From Nitrospirota bacterium (GTDB lineage: Bacteria; Nitrospirota; Thermodesulfovibrionia; Thermodesulfovibrionales; Dissulfurispiraceae), in assembly GCA_963710375.1 (NCBI GenBank), contig CAVPZX010000008.1:224001-288000 (forward strand): a stretch of 64,000 bases of DNA, given 5' to 3'. The notes beneath the pieces are model-generated. The model searched no databases. It saw only the letters and a program-made list of their open reading frames with translations, and was not told where the DNA came from. A program made the position numbers and the translations under genes. Positions 19,562-28,795 of the stretch are shown here, one piece after another; the first letter of the stretch is position 1; the number at the start of each line of letters is the position of its first letter.

Positions 19562-20334
19562 TTCTTCTCATTATTTTTTTTCAGGGCGAACATAATCTCC
19601 GGTGAGTACCCTTCAATCGGATTGAATCCTTTTTTTGTCAGTTCCACGGCAAGGCGGTTTATATCCGAGAAATAATCCGGCTCTCCCTGAGATAATGCGG
19701 CATTGAAAACCCTCGATATAAAATAGTACAAGCTTGCAAAATCCATCCTTTTCTCGACACGAAAAAGGTCATTAATTTTTTCTAATATGTCGAACGACAG
19801 GTACTCGTTAAAAAACTTTACCTTTATCTCATTAAGCTCCAATGTCGCCCGTATTTCATTTATTCTAAGGAGCGGTTCCGTAAAACACTCTATCATAATG
19901 TATGTGCCGTTGTCCTTTAACACGGAATAAGCGTTCTCGACCGCTTTCAACTTTTCATTTCCCTTCAGGTTAATCAGCAGCCGTTTTGTCATCACTTTGT
20001 CGAACCTTGCGTCTAACAATGAAGACAGGTCTTTAGAGGCTGCGTCGAAGTGATAGAAATGCACATTTGGCAGACTCATTTCTTCCTTTTTGGCATTAGC
20101 TGTTTCAATCATGCCTTTTGCAAAGTCAACCCCGTAAAAAACAGCCTTTGGCCTTTTGGCTGCAAGAGTCATAAGCGTTCTGCCGTTTCCGCATCCCATA
20201 TCACAAAATATGTCGCCATCCCCTATAAGACCCTCCAGAAAGAAAAGTTCCAGTTCCTCGGCCAGAGGATCAAAGTTCACAGCCTGCACTCCTTCTTTAA
20301 ACTTTTCCGCCTGGCTTTCCCAAAATTCTCTCAT
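19558..20334 (-). CDS. Class I SAM-dependent methyltransferase
   Basis: DMGCGNG motif I, GVDFAKGMI, KRLLINL. Confidence 0.88.
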   Translation of the reverse strand: MREFWESQAEKFKEGVQAVNFDPLAEELELFFLEGLIGDGDIFCDMGCGNGRTLMTLAAKRPKAVFYGVDFAKGMIETANAKKEEMSLPNVHFYHFDAASKDLSSLLDARFDKVMTKRLLINLKGNEKLKAVENAYSVLKDNGTYIMIECFTEPLLRINEIRATLELNEIKVKFFNEYLSFDILEKINDLFRVEKRMDFASLYYFISRVFNAALSQGEPDYFSDINRLAVELTKKGFNPIEGYSPEIMFALKKNNEKK

Positions 20335-20433
20335 AACAACCCTCTTGCATCTAGATAATTTTTTACAGCTCTCACCGGCTAAATGGCCCCGGGAAAACTC
20401 CGGATGTGGTTAAGTATAACAAATTAATTGGTC

Positions 20434-21441
20434 TCATCGTTTATTCATGCCGACGAGGTAATCCACTATCCTCTTTGCGCCCTTTCCATCAACCAGGGCA
20501 CTGCCGGTCTGTGACATTTTTTTTCTTCTGTCGCTATCTTCTAATTGTTTAAGTGCTCCGTCCACATTATCCAGGAGCATACCATCTTCCCACCACCCGG
20601 CATACTCTATAAAACCAGTCCGTTGCCAACCTCTTGCATGATTAAACTGATTGTCCGCTACCGCCACAACAACAGCAGGAACCCCCACCCTCGCAAGCTC
20701 GTATAATGTCTGTCCGCCCGCAGATATGGCTAAATCACTTTCTAGCATGACGGACTTCATACCTTCTGCGCCTGGAAAATAAATTAATTCTGTCCGTCCA
20801 TCTGCCGCTGTTTTTATTTCGTCCGCATTCCGGTATCCCCTGCCGATAATGACATTTTTAGCAATAAGTGGGTACCGTGTCACCAGCAATCTCAACACTG
20901 CAGGCGTTATATTTCTTGGATCATCACCGCCGAATGTGATCATAATGCTTTCAACCTTTTCCCTTATTTCCTTATCAGGTACATTCCAAAACTCCTTTCT
21001 CTGCGGTATGTATTCCGGGCCGAGCAGATAAGCAATATGTTCTCTTGAAGGGTAGTGAAGCAATTCTGCAGAGATCGAGCCATTGACAACTACCCCTTTT
21101 GGATAGTCCACTCTTTTATTATCATCGATATAGACCGGAACGCGCGCCGAATCGGATACTTCCCTGTAAAAATTCAGGTCAGCCAAATAAGAGTCAATAA
21201 TAGCTATATCCGAGCCATTAATAGAGGATAATATTCTCTCCTTATGTTCATGCCAGTTTAATCTTTTATATCGCATGTTCTTCAAAACATCATCGATGCT
21301 CGCATCACCATATACAACAAATTCAGGCAGAACACCGCTAGCCTCAAACGCCTGATACAGAGAAAGGCATCGCGTAATATGACCGAACCCGATACGATCG
21401 CCTCCCTCAGTGACAATAAATACTTTAAGTTCGCTGTTCAT
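20434..21441 (-). CDS. pseG: PseG/SpsG-family UDP-sugar hydrolase
   Basis: IGFGHITRCLSL, IIDSY, ITFGGDD, AISAGGQTLYELA, ADNQ, VDGKGAKRI. Confidence 0.88.
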   Translation of the reverse strand: MNSELKVFIVTEGGDRIGFGHITRCLSLYQAFEASGVLPEFVVYGDASIDDVLKNMRYKRLNWHEHKERILSSINGSDIAIIDSYLADLNFYREVSDSARVPVYIDDNKRVDYPKGVVVNGSISAELLHYPSREHIAYLLGPEYIPQRKEFWNVPDKEIREKVESIMITFGGDDPRNITPAVLRLLVTRYPLIAKNVIIGRGYRNADEIKTAADGRTELIYFPGAEGMKSVMLESDLAISAGGQTLYELARVGVPAVVVAVADNQFNHARGWQRTGFIEYAGWWEDGMLLDNVDGALKQLEDSDRRKKMSQTGSALVDGKGAKRIVDYLVGMNKR

Positions 21442-21475
21442 TATATCATCCTGATCTGAGCAATAACTATTTTAT

Positions 21476-21686
21476 CCGCAAATTCAGACAGTGTAATGAA
21501 GGATGTGACTCTGAAGCGAATCGCGGAGTCCTGGTAACAGTTCTCGGGGAAGTGAGCGTCTAACAGGCGCAATGTCTGAGCCCGAAGGGCGAGTTTTGCG
21601 ACTGTAGCGAACAAGCCGTTAGAACTGTCAGGACGTAGCGCCTGAGCGCAAGAGACATATCTTTCATTACACTGTCTGAATTCCAG
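21476..21686. mobile_element. MITE-like palindromic element, 211 bp
   Basis: 32-bp inverted repeats (21481-21512 / 21651-21682; first 20 bp perfect), nested internal stems, flanked by direct repeat CTATTTTAT (21467-21475, 21687-21695). Confidence 0.65.
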
Positions 21687-21740
21687 CTATTTTATAGCTT
21701 AACATAACGCTCATGGATATGTTATTCTAAACATAGAGTT

Positions 21741-23423
21741 ATGAGGGTTCTCTTTCTTTTTCCCGAGCATTATCTTAACATTGGGATTCCCGGTGGAGTT
21801 TCGATACTGTCAGCCATTCTCAAGCAGCACGGTCATGCCGTAAATGTATTTGACACTACCTTCCTAAAAACAGACCCTGATTTTGACCGGAAACGTCTTC
21901 ATGCCGATATCCACGGCGGCAACAGTGAAGCAGATAAGGCAGGGATGCAGCAGTTCAAGAAAACCGCTTACACACTAGAGGACCTTGTCAGGAATGATCC
22001 GGTAGTCCGGTATGAGGAAGAACTCCAGAAGACGATAGATTCGTTCTCGCCTGATCTAATTGCCGTTTCTACGATGACATCAACGTTTGATTTTGCGATG
22101 AATCTCCTGCGTAAAGTCAGGTATAAAGCCAAAGTCATTGTGGGCGGGGTCCATCCTACAATTGCAGTGGATGACTGCCTTGCCCAGAAGGAAGTGGATA
22201 TCGCCTGCATAGGGGAAGGAGATGATGTGCTCGCAGAGCTGTGCGACCTGATGGAAGCTGGCAAGGACTATACTAATGTAAAGTCAATGTACTTTAAGAT
22301 GCCGGACGGGAGCATTAAGAAAAATCCTCTTGCGCCGAGGGTTGACCTGAATGATCTGCCTTGTCCCGACTGGGGCCTTTTTGATGAGCGCCACCTCTTC
22401 CGTCCTTTTGAAGGGGTGATATACAAAGGGTCGTTCTATGTGCAGTCCAGAGGCTGCCCTCAGCAATGCACCTACTGCATAAATCCGACAGTGTCGAAAA
22501 TGTCGCGGGGGGACAAGAGTTATTTCAGAGTGCAAAAACCGTCGGTAACCATCTCCCACATTGCGGAATTCAGGGAAAAATTCGGAGCAACATGGTTCAA
22601 GTTTGCAGACGACAGCTTTCTGCTGCCTCCCAATGAACACCTTGAAGAACTGAGAGAAGGTCTTAAGCCGCTTGGTATAAAGTTCGGCTGCTCGGTTATG
22701 CCGAATACAATAACGGAAGAAAAAGTGAACATAGCAAAGGATATGGGATGTGTTGCGATGACTGTTGGCGTGGAAAGCGGTAACGCCGGTATACGAAAGA
22801 TGATTAAAAGGAATTACAATGACGAACAGCTAATCAGAAATCTCAAAATAATACAGGACTTCGGTATTAAGCTGTCAACATTCAATATCATCGGATTTCC
22901 CGGCGAGACAAGGGAGAATGTCTTTGAAACCATCGAGATCAACAAGAAAATTGGCACCAGCGCCTGCAATGTGTATATCCTGTTCCCTTATCCCGGCACG
23001 CCGATCCAGAAGGAATTCAATATACCGATCAGAGACAAAGATGGAAAGATATTCCCTGTCTCCAGAGCAAAAGAATTCAGACTGTCTAAAATGACGCCGG
23101 AAGAACTCGAAGGTCTGCAGAACACATTCAATCTTTATCTCAACCTTCCCAAGACCCTCTGGCCGCTTATCCGTTTGGCTGAATCCACATCCGGAACCGG
23201 CCCTTCACTGCTGGTAATATTGCGCAGATTTGCAACGGCATTGATATCATCTGAAACAATCGACCTGAAACCGGTAACATCTGTGCTGCCCGAAGCAGCG
23301 GTCAAACAGCATCCCTGCGATTTTCGTGTTCCTGCACTGCTGTCTGAAATATTCACGCTGCCGCTTGGCGATGCAATGGGAACAGCGCTGGATGCATGCC
23401 GCAACTACTCAGAGTCGCCATAA
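21741..23423 (+). CDS. B12-binding radical SAM protein (class B methylase-like)
   Basis: N-term B12-binding fold (IVGGVHPT, CIGEGD), SRGCPQQCTYC, GVESGN, IIGFPGET, PYPGT. Confidence 0.92.
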   Translation: MRVLFLFPEHYLNIGIPGGVSILSAILKQHGHAVNVFDTTFLKTDPDFDRKRLHADIHGGNSEADKAGMQQFKKTAYTLEDLVRNDPVVRYEEELQKTIDSFSPDLIAVSTMTSTFDFAMNLLRKVRYKAKVIVGGVHPTIAVDDCLAQKEVDIACIGEGDDVLAELCDLMEAGKDYTNVKSMYFKMPDGSIKKNPLAPRVDLNDLPCPDWGLFDERHLFRPFEGVIYKGSFYVQSRGCPQQCTYCINPTVSKMSRGDKSYFRVQKPSVTISHIAEFREKFGATWFKFADDSFLLPPNEHLEELREGLKPLGIKFGCSVMPNTITEEKVNIAKDMGCVAMTVGVESGNAGIRKMIKRNYNDEQLIRNLKIIQDFGIKLSTFNIIGFPGETRENVFETIEINKKIGTSACNVYILFPYPGTPIQKEFNIPIRDKDGKIFPVSRAKEFRLSKMTPEELEGLQNTFNLYLNLPKTLWPLIRLAESTSGTGPSLLVILRRFATALISSETIDLKPVTSVLPEAAVKQHPCDFRVPALLSEIFTLPLGDAMGTALDACRNYSESP

Positions 23424-24452
23424 TAATACACTGCATTCTACATGCAGCCTCAAAAACATATGCGTTGCAAACCCTGCCTTGAAGTGGGCAATGCTGAGTT
23501 CTTTTTCCGTTGGTTTACAGCTGTCTCCAGGATAAAAGCGCTCCCCTAACTTATGCCACCTCAAACCACGGGTTTTCATGTGTTCAATGGCTTTCATTTG
23601 CACTACGTGACCCAACGGCTTGTCGAAAAGGTTACGGTCATATACACCAACGGCGTACAAGCCTTCTGTTTTTGATGTGTGGAACAAACCGCCCCCAACC
23701 ATTACCCCTTTGTCGTCTCTCAACACCACAAGAAACGCGTCACCACTGTTAATGGCCTGCTCCTGAATGTTCCATGTCTCGACAGAGCGAGTGGCGCGTC
23801 CGGAAACTTGATAATGCAATTGCCGGAATTCATCGAATACATTATGCTCAACCTCAGCAAATACGTTTGACTGCCAAAGTCTGTTGCCCATGGAAAGCAG
23901 TGATTTATAACTCTTTCTCAAGTTTGCCTTAATGTCCTCGATACTCATCGAAAGGTCTACAAACATCTCGTGCGCGACCCTCTGGATAGTCGCGCCTCTA
24001 TCCATGATTTTGCTATGCCATTGATCCAGGCCGTTAGTCCCTATAAAATCGACTCCTCTCCATATCTTTTGTTCGACCATCCTGCACAATTCATCAAGAG
24101 CATCAAGACAACTTGCCATCAGGTTCTTTCTGGTCTTTTCGGCAATTTTGTCTACAAATAAAGGGGCATAAACAGGACCTTCATTCGATCCGCATACCCA
24201 TGCGCCTTCTGATAATCGCATATTTAAGGGCCACACCCCGACAGGTTTATCTTCATGGAATAAAACAATCGAAAGGTCAACGAATTTATCCACTTTCTCC
24301 ATTATATAGGCCGACTGGTATAGAACCATAATGCGCGTATACGCCACCGGGGCATAGGCGGCATTTTCCAGAACATTATCCCAGTCTGCGGATGCCTCTG
24401 ACAGAGGTTTTGAATTGCCTAAATGCGAAATCGCTTCATAAAAGGATGGCAT
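23409..24452 (-). CDS. FemAB-like GNAT acyl/aminoacyl transferase
   Basis: VDLSMSIEDIKANLRKSYKSL, LYAVGVYDRNLFDKPLGH, SIAHFKAGF. Confidence 0.7.
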   Translation of the reverse strand: MPSFYEAISHLGNSKPLSEASADWDNVLENAAYAPVAYTRIMVLYQSAYIMEKVDKFVDLSIVLFHEDKPVGVWPLNMRLSEGAWVCGSNEGPVYAPLFVDKIAEKTRKNLMASCLDALDELCRMVEQKIWRGVDFIGTNGLDQWHSKIMDRGATIQRVAHEMFVDLSMSIEDIKANLRKSYKSLLSMGNRLWQSNVFAEVEHNVFDEFRQLHYQVSGRATRSVETWNIQEQAINSGDAFLVVLRDDKGVMVGGGLFHTSKTEGLYAVGVYDRNLFDKPLGHVVQMKAIEHMKTRGLRWHKLGERFYPGDSCKPTEKELSIAHFKAGFATHMFLRLHVECSVLLWRL

Positions 24453-24459
24453 CTTTATT

Positions 24460-26502
24460 TCAAACCCTTCTGAATACAGGTTCCAGCAATTTACCTTCAA
24501 GCAACGAATCCACCATGTTATAAGCGACCCCGTATTTTAAAATATTCATGACCTCAGAATAGACTGACAAAGTTTTTTCCATGACTGAGTCATCATGCGG
24601 CAGCGAAATGTTATGTCCACCGGTGAACAAAATGCCTCTCTTTGCGCATTCCTGCTGGAAAAGGGTTTTCATTGCAAGGCCCTCCTTCTCCTCCCCCTTG
24701 AATCCCATGACCGTTCTGACAGGGAAACCATCAATGGAGATCATGGCGTCAAGTCCTCTTTCACCTATAAGTTTCTCAATGCCATCCTTGAGTCTTTTCC
24801 CTTGCTTCCATATATCCCCTATGACGTCGTGATCATGCATATAGCGTATCGTGGCAAGCGATGAAGCAATGGATGCAGTCTCACCGCCAAAGGTGAAAGA
24901 AAAGAATATCTCGTCGAAAAGCCGCATGTATTCTTTCCTGCCCACTATGGCAGAAACAGGCAGGCCGTTGCCCATTGCCTTTCCGACACATGCGATGTCC
25001 GGCGTGACTCCAAAGAATTCCTGGGCGCCCCCCAGAGCAAACCTGAAGCTCGTCACCACTTCATCAAACACGAGCAGTGCATTATTTTTATGTGCAACCT
25101 CTTTTACTTTGTTGAGAAAGTCATTCTCAGGCGCTGCCAGACTGACCGGCTCCATAATCACGCAAGCGACCTTGTCTTTGTATTGCTCAAACAGCTTTTC
25201 CAGGCTCTCTATATTGTTATACTGAAATGATAGCGTAAGTTCCTTAACTGCTTGGGGAATGCCCTTACTGCGGGTAGTCGTAGCAATGTACCAATCCTGC
25301 CAGCCGTGATAGCCGCAGCACGCTACATAGTCTCTCCCCGTGTACGCCCTCGCAAGTCTTACCGCCGCCGAGGTAACATCAGAGCCGTTTTTCCCGAACC
25401 GCACCATCTCGGCGCATGGTATTACCTGCGTAAGAAGTTCAGCAAGCTCATACTCAAGATAGTGAGGAAGTGTATAGGCGCTCCCCTTCCCCAACTGTTT
25501 TTCGACTGCTTCGAGAACCGGCTCAAATGCATATCCCAAAATACAGGCCCCAAGTCCCATGGTGTAATCAATGTAGTTATTCCCGTCTACATCGGTGATA
25601 AGACATCCTTTGCCTTCTCTTGCAAAAAGTGGCGATGCCCCGGCGCTGAACTGCAGATAGGACTTGCTGAAAGTCTGAGAGCCGTTGGGGATAATGCCCA
25701 GCACCTTTTTGAAAAGCTTGTTATTTTCGTCGAGTTTCAAAGGCTTTGCTTTCAGGCCTATAAGAAAGGCCTTGTCCTCCTCGACAGATTTGCGATAACC
25801 GGCATTTGGCACAACATGTTTAGTTTTCTCAAGCACTTTTGCATCTCCTTTTATGAGTATAAACACATCTTCATACGTAAAATCCTGCTTCTCCAGCCGC
25901 TGGAGAACTGCCCCTATCGTGTCGGCATCCTCAGGGTAATCAAGGCTCAGGTGAACGTGCGAGAGGTCTTCTTGTCCATAGGGTATGCCGATTGCTTTGA
26001 ACCTGCCGCTGCCGCGGATATAAGGACCAACATGCTCCCTTTCTGAAGGCATTACGGCATTATTATCCGCATAGAGTATCGCCTTGCCGCTGATTACTTC
26101 CACATCGAAGCCGTCAATAATTTGCGTAAGCACAAGATAATCGGCATTGTTCTCTCTGAATTTTTGTATAGCAAAATTTGCCAGCCGGTAATCTGTCAGG
26201 ATGCAGTCACCCGTTATACGTACAACATAATCAAGATTATATTCTTTTACCGCCTGTGCGAACCTGTTAAGGACGTCATTCAGGCTTCCTCTAACCACAT
26301 TCCATCCTTTATTTTGAGCACAGCCTGCCAGAGAGTCGTCGTCACTATCCTCTGAGGTTGCAAGTATTTTATAGTCCGTATCAATTCCCCCGCACCTGTC
26401 GAGAACCCATTCGAGGGTCGTTCTGCCGAGAAAATCATGCAGCATCTTCTTCGGATACCTCGTTGAGCTATTCCTCGCCTGAACTATTACACCGCTACTC
26501 AT
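24460..26502 (-). CDS. Fusion: SpsF/PseF-like cytidylyltransferase + class-III PLP aminotransferase (GSA-aminomutase-like)
   Basis: IVQARNSSTRYPKK, RGSLNDVLNRF, VRITGDC; then GSQTFSKS, GKNGSD, GYHGWQDW, FDEVVTSFR, GKAMGNG. Confidence 0.9.
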   Translation of the reverse strand: MSSGVIVQARNSSTRYPKKMLHDFLGRTTLEWVLDRCGGIDTDYKILATSEDSDDDSLAGCAQNKGWNVVRGSLNDVLNRFAQAVKEYNLDYVVRITGDCILTDYRLANFAIQKFRENNADYLVLTQIIDGFDVEVISGKAILYADNNAVMPSEREHVGPYIRGSGRFKAIGIPYGQEDLSHVHLSLDYPEDADTIGAVLQRLEKQDFTYEDVFILIKGDAKVLEKTKHVVPNAGYRKSVEEDKAFLIGLKAKPLKLDENNKLFKKVLGIIPNGSQTFSKSYLQFSAGASPLFAREGKGCLITDVDGNNYIDYTMGLGACILGYAFEPVLEAVEKQLGKGSAYTLPHYLEYELAELLTQVIPCAEMVRFGKNGSDVTSAAVRLARAYTGRDYVACCGYHGWQDWYIATTTRSKGIPQAVKELTLSFQYNNIESLEKLFEQYKDKVACVIMEPVSLAAPENDFLNKVKEVAHKNNALLVFDEVVTSFRFALGGAQEFFGVTPDIACVGKAMGNGLPVSAIVGRKEYMRLFDEIFFSFTFGGETASIASSLATIRYMHDHDVIGDIWKQGKRLKDGIEKLIGERGLDAMISIDGFPVRTVMGFKGEEKEGLAMKTLFQQECAKRGILFTGGHNISLPHDDSVMEKTLSVYSEVMNILKYGVAYNMVDSLLEGKLLEPVFRRV

Positions 26503-27899
26503 TGGGCCTCCAGCGAATACAGCCTTGCATCATGCAAATGGATTTTTAATGCAACTGTCCCTTTTACTGCAGACTTGAGAGTGTAATCAATAGAATTCAC
26601 CCTTTTGATATCAAAAGACGCTGCGCTCTCGGATCCCTTCATAAACTCAACAGAAACCCGGCCGTCACCGGCATCGAGGTTCAAGCGGAGCAGTCCTTTC
26701 TTCATATTTACCTTCTTTGTCAGACAATAACCTCCCGACATCGCATAAGCGTAAACGAATCCATCCTTTCTCAGATTCGCAAGCCCTATTTTGAAGCCGT
26801 GTTTCTCCTCGTCATAAGGCATGCCCTCATGGCCCACTCCATGGCTGAAGTTCGAGCCTCCGTAATAAACGAGTATTTTATCTTTTAGGAAAAGAGGGGC
26901 ATTTGCAGTATATACCATGTCGCTGTCCCATCCGCCGGGGGTCAATGCTATAAACGGCTTGTCTGAAACTCTTTTCCAGTTCCTGCAGTCATCACTCTGC
27001 GCCAGATATATCTCGACCCTTCCGTCATGGGTGCCACGCTTCACTTCATGGTCGATAAAAAAGAGCCAGAGAAACCCAAGATAGCTTGCACCGTAATTGA
27101 AACCGCAGAGGCCGTAAAAATCAGCCCATTTAAAGCCTTTTGCCATCGCCAGCGCATCTTCCGAAGGCCCAGGCGCCCATAATGTTTCCGGTTTGCTCCA
27201 TGACCTGAAATCCCAGCTCTCGGAAAACCCTACGCATCTCCTTGTCAGACCTTTGTCATCTATCACATATGTCTTTACGAAGGCCGCAAACCTGTCCTTC
27301 AAGGTGTCTTTGAAGGCCGGGGCTACATCGCTGAACCAGGTCTTTTTCGTAAGTGCGTTCGGGAAGGTCATGAGCGGAATAACAGGGTTGAGTTCATTTT
27401 CCCTGAAATGTAATCCATCCCTCGAGAATGCCGTACAGAAACCGTTATCCGTGTATCCGAAAAGTTTGTAGGGATATTTCTTGTCCCCGTCATCGCGGAT
27501 AACGCTCGGGATATGATAGGTCGACAAAATGTTGGTAAGGCAGCTCCCCCCGTTGTTTTGGCGTGAATAGAAATCCTGTATTTTATTGTCGAGCGCAACA
27601 GTGGGATAAATACCCGGTTGTTCAAAGATGAATTTCTTTATCAGCGGCTTCCGCCATTGAATACCGTCCGCAGACCGGGCATAATTCACGAAAAAGCCGT
27701 AGCCGTCCACATATGACTGATACCACATACGATATAAAGGTCCTTTCTTGAGTACAGAGCCGTAAAGATATATATTTGTGTCTTCCCACGGATATTCAGG
27801 AACTATCACCGGTTCCGGGCGTTTCTGCACCTCACCCTGCCTGAGCTCGACACCCTCCATGTGATCAATAGATGACGCATCAGGAAAAAGTATTTTCAT
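26499..27899 (-). CDS. Glycoside-hydrolase-like beta-propeller protein
   Basis: Repeated Asp-box-like S.DG..W motifs (SADGIQW, SRDGLHF, SWDFRSW, SDDCRNW), YYGG, LRKDGF. Confidence 0.65.
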   Translation of the reverse strand: MKILFPDASSIDHMEGVELRQGEVQKRPEPVIVPEYPWEDTNIYLYGSVLKKGPLYRMWYQSYVDGYGFFVNYARSADGIQWRKPLIKKFIFEQPGIYPTVALDNKIQDFYSRQNNGGSCLTNILSTYHIPSVIRDDGDKKYPYKLFGYTDNGFCTAFSRDGLHFRENELNPVIPLMTFPNALTKKTWFSDVAPAFKDTLKDRFAAFVKTYVIDDKGLTRRCVGFSESWDFRSWSKPETLWAPGPSEDALAMAKGFKWADFYGLCGFNYGASYLGFLWLFFIDHEVKRGTHDGRVEIYLAQSDDCRNWKRVSDKPFIALTPGGWDSDMVYTANAPLFLKDKILVYYGGSNFSHGVGHEGMPYDEEKHGFKIGLANLRKDGFVYAYAMSGGYCLTKKVNMKKGLLRLNLDAGDGRVSVEFMKGSESAASFDIKRVNSIDYTLKSAVKGTVALKIHLHDARLYSLEAQ

Positions 27900-28795
27900 G
27901 CATTCCCCGCGCTATGCCATTTATACGGTAAAATAATCTCCTCATCATGTACTGCCAGTCCCGATAATGCCGACTCCATGGCAGCAAAGCGTCCTGTATG
28001 CCCCGCTCGAAAACATTCGTTATTGCTTATTAACTGCTTCACGCTGTCAATGCCCACCACAACTCCTTCCACCCAAGGTTTAGATGCGGCAAATAATAAT
28101 GCAAGGCATTCCGGTTTCATGCCAATTGCTGATGAAAGCTCCCGTATCTCTCTGACTTTTCCTCTCACCTGTTCAAATCTCCCCTGCAAGGCATCATCAC
28201 TCAGGAAAAAAAGACCCTGTAAGAATACCGACCTCGCAAAAAACCTCCACCCTCTGTTATTAATATCCTGTACTAAATCACTATTCAAAAATCTCTGATC
28301 AAATAGATTCAGCGGAAACTCGATCACCAGCGTATCTTTAGTCTTTAGAGCTATTTCAGCAACATCTTCAGGGTGGTATACAGAGATGCCGTAGTTTTCT
28401 ACAATGCCATCCCTGCAAAATGACTGAAGCACTGGAATGACCTTATTTCCATACATTCTATACGTGTCGAAAGAATGGATAAGAAATGCGTCGAACGAGG
28501 CAATATTCATTTTTTTTAGCGAGCCTAATATCTCATCCTCTGCAGACTGTGCGTTCAGATACTCTTTGGCCGGCAGTTTGCCGATAACTTTGAATACCTT
28601 GCCTCGCTTTGCAAAGAAATCGCCGACCACTCGCTCGGCATCGCCATAGGCGCTTGCGGTGTCTATCCACTGTATGCCCTGCGTGGAGGCATAATCAAGG
28701 ATGGCAAATGCCTCCTCATGACTTAACTTTTTATCGTTTGCAATGCCGTACCTGAGGCCGAAATTTGCGGTCCCGATGATTAATTTGGGCATCAT
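27896..28795 (-). CDS. Aldo/keto reductase
   Basis: IGTANFGLRYG, IDTASAYGDAE, GISVY, ARSVFLQGL. Confidence 0.9.
   Translation of the reverse strand: MMPKLIIGTANFGLRYGIANDKKLSHEEAFAILDYASTQGIQWIDTASAYGDAERVVGDFFAKRGKVFKVIGKLPAKEYLNAQSAEDEILGSLKKMNIASFDAFLIHSFDTYRMYGNKVIPVLQSFCRDGIVENYGISVYHPEDVAEIALKTKDTLVIEFPLNLFDQRFLNSDLVQDINNRGWRFFARSVFLQGLFFLSDDALQGRFEQVRGKVREIRELSSAIGMKPECLALLFAASKPWVEGVVVGIDSVKQLISNNECFRAGHTGRFAAMESALSGLAVHDEEIILPYKWHSAGNA

Noticed and set aside
20372..20437. 21-codon minus-strand ORF after pseG as a pseH remnant
   Set aside because: Too short and no GNAT similarity visible
21570..21600. Hammerhead ribozyme suggested by CTGAG-CCCGAAGGG-CGAG
   Set aside because: Lacks the CUGAnGA and GAAA core; better explained as the apex of the palindromic element
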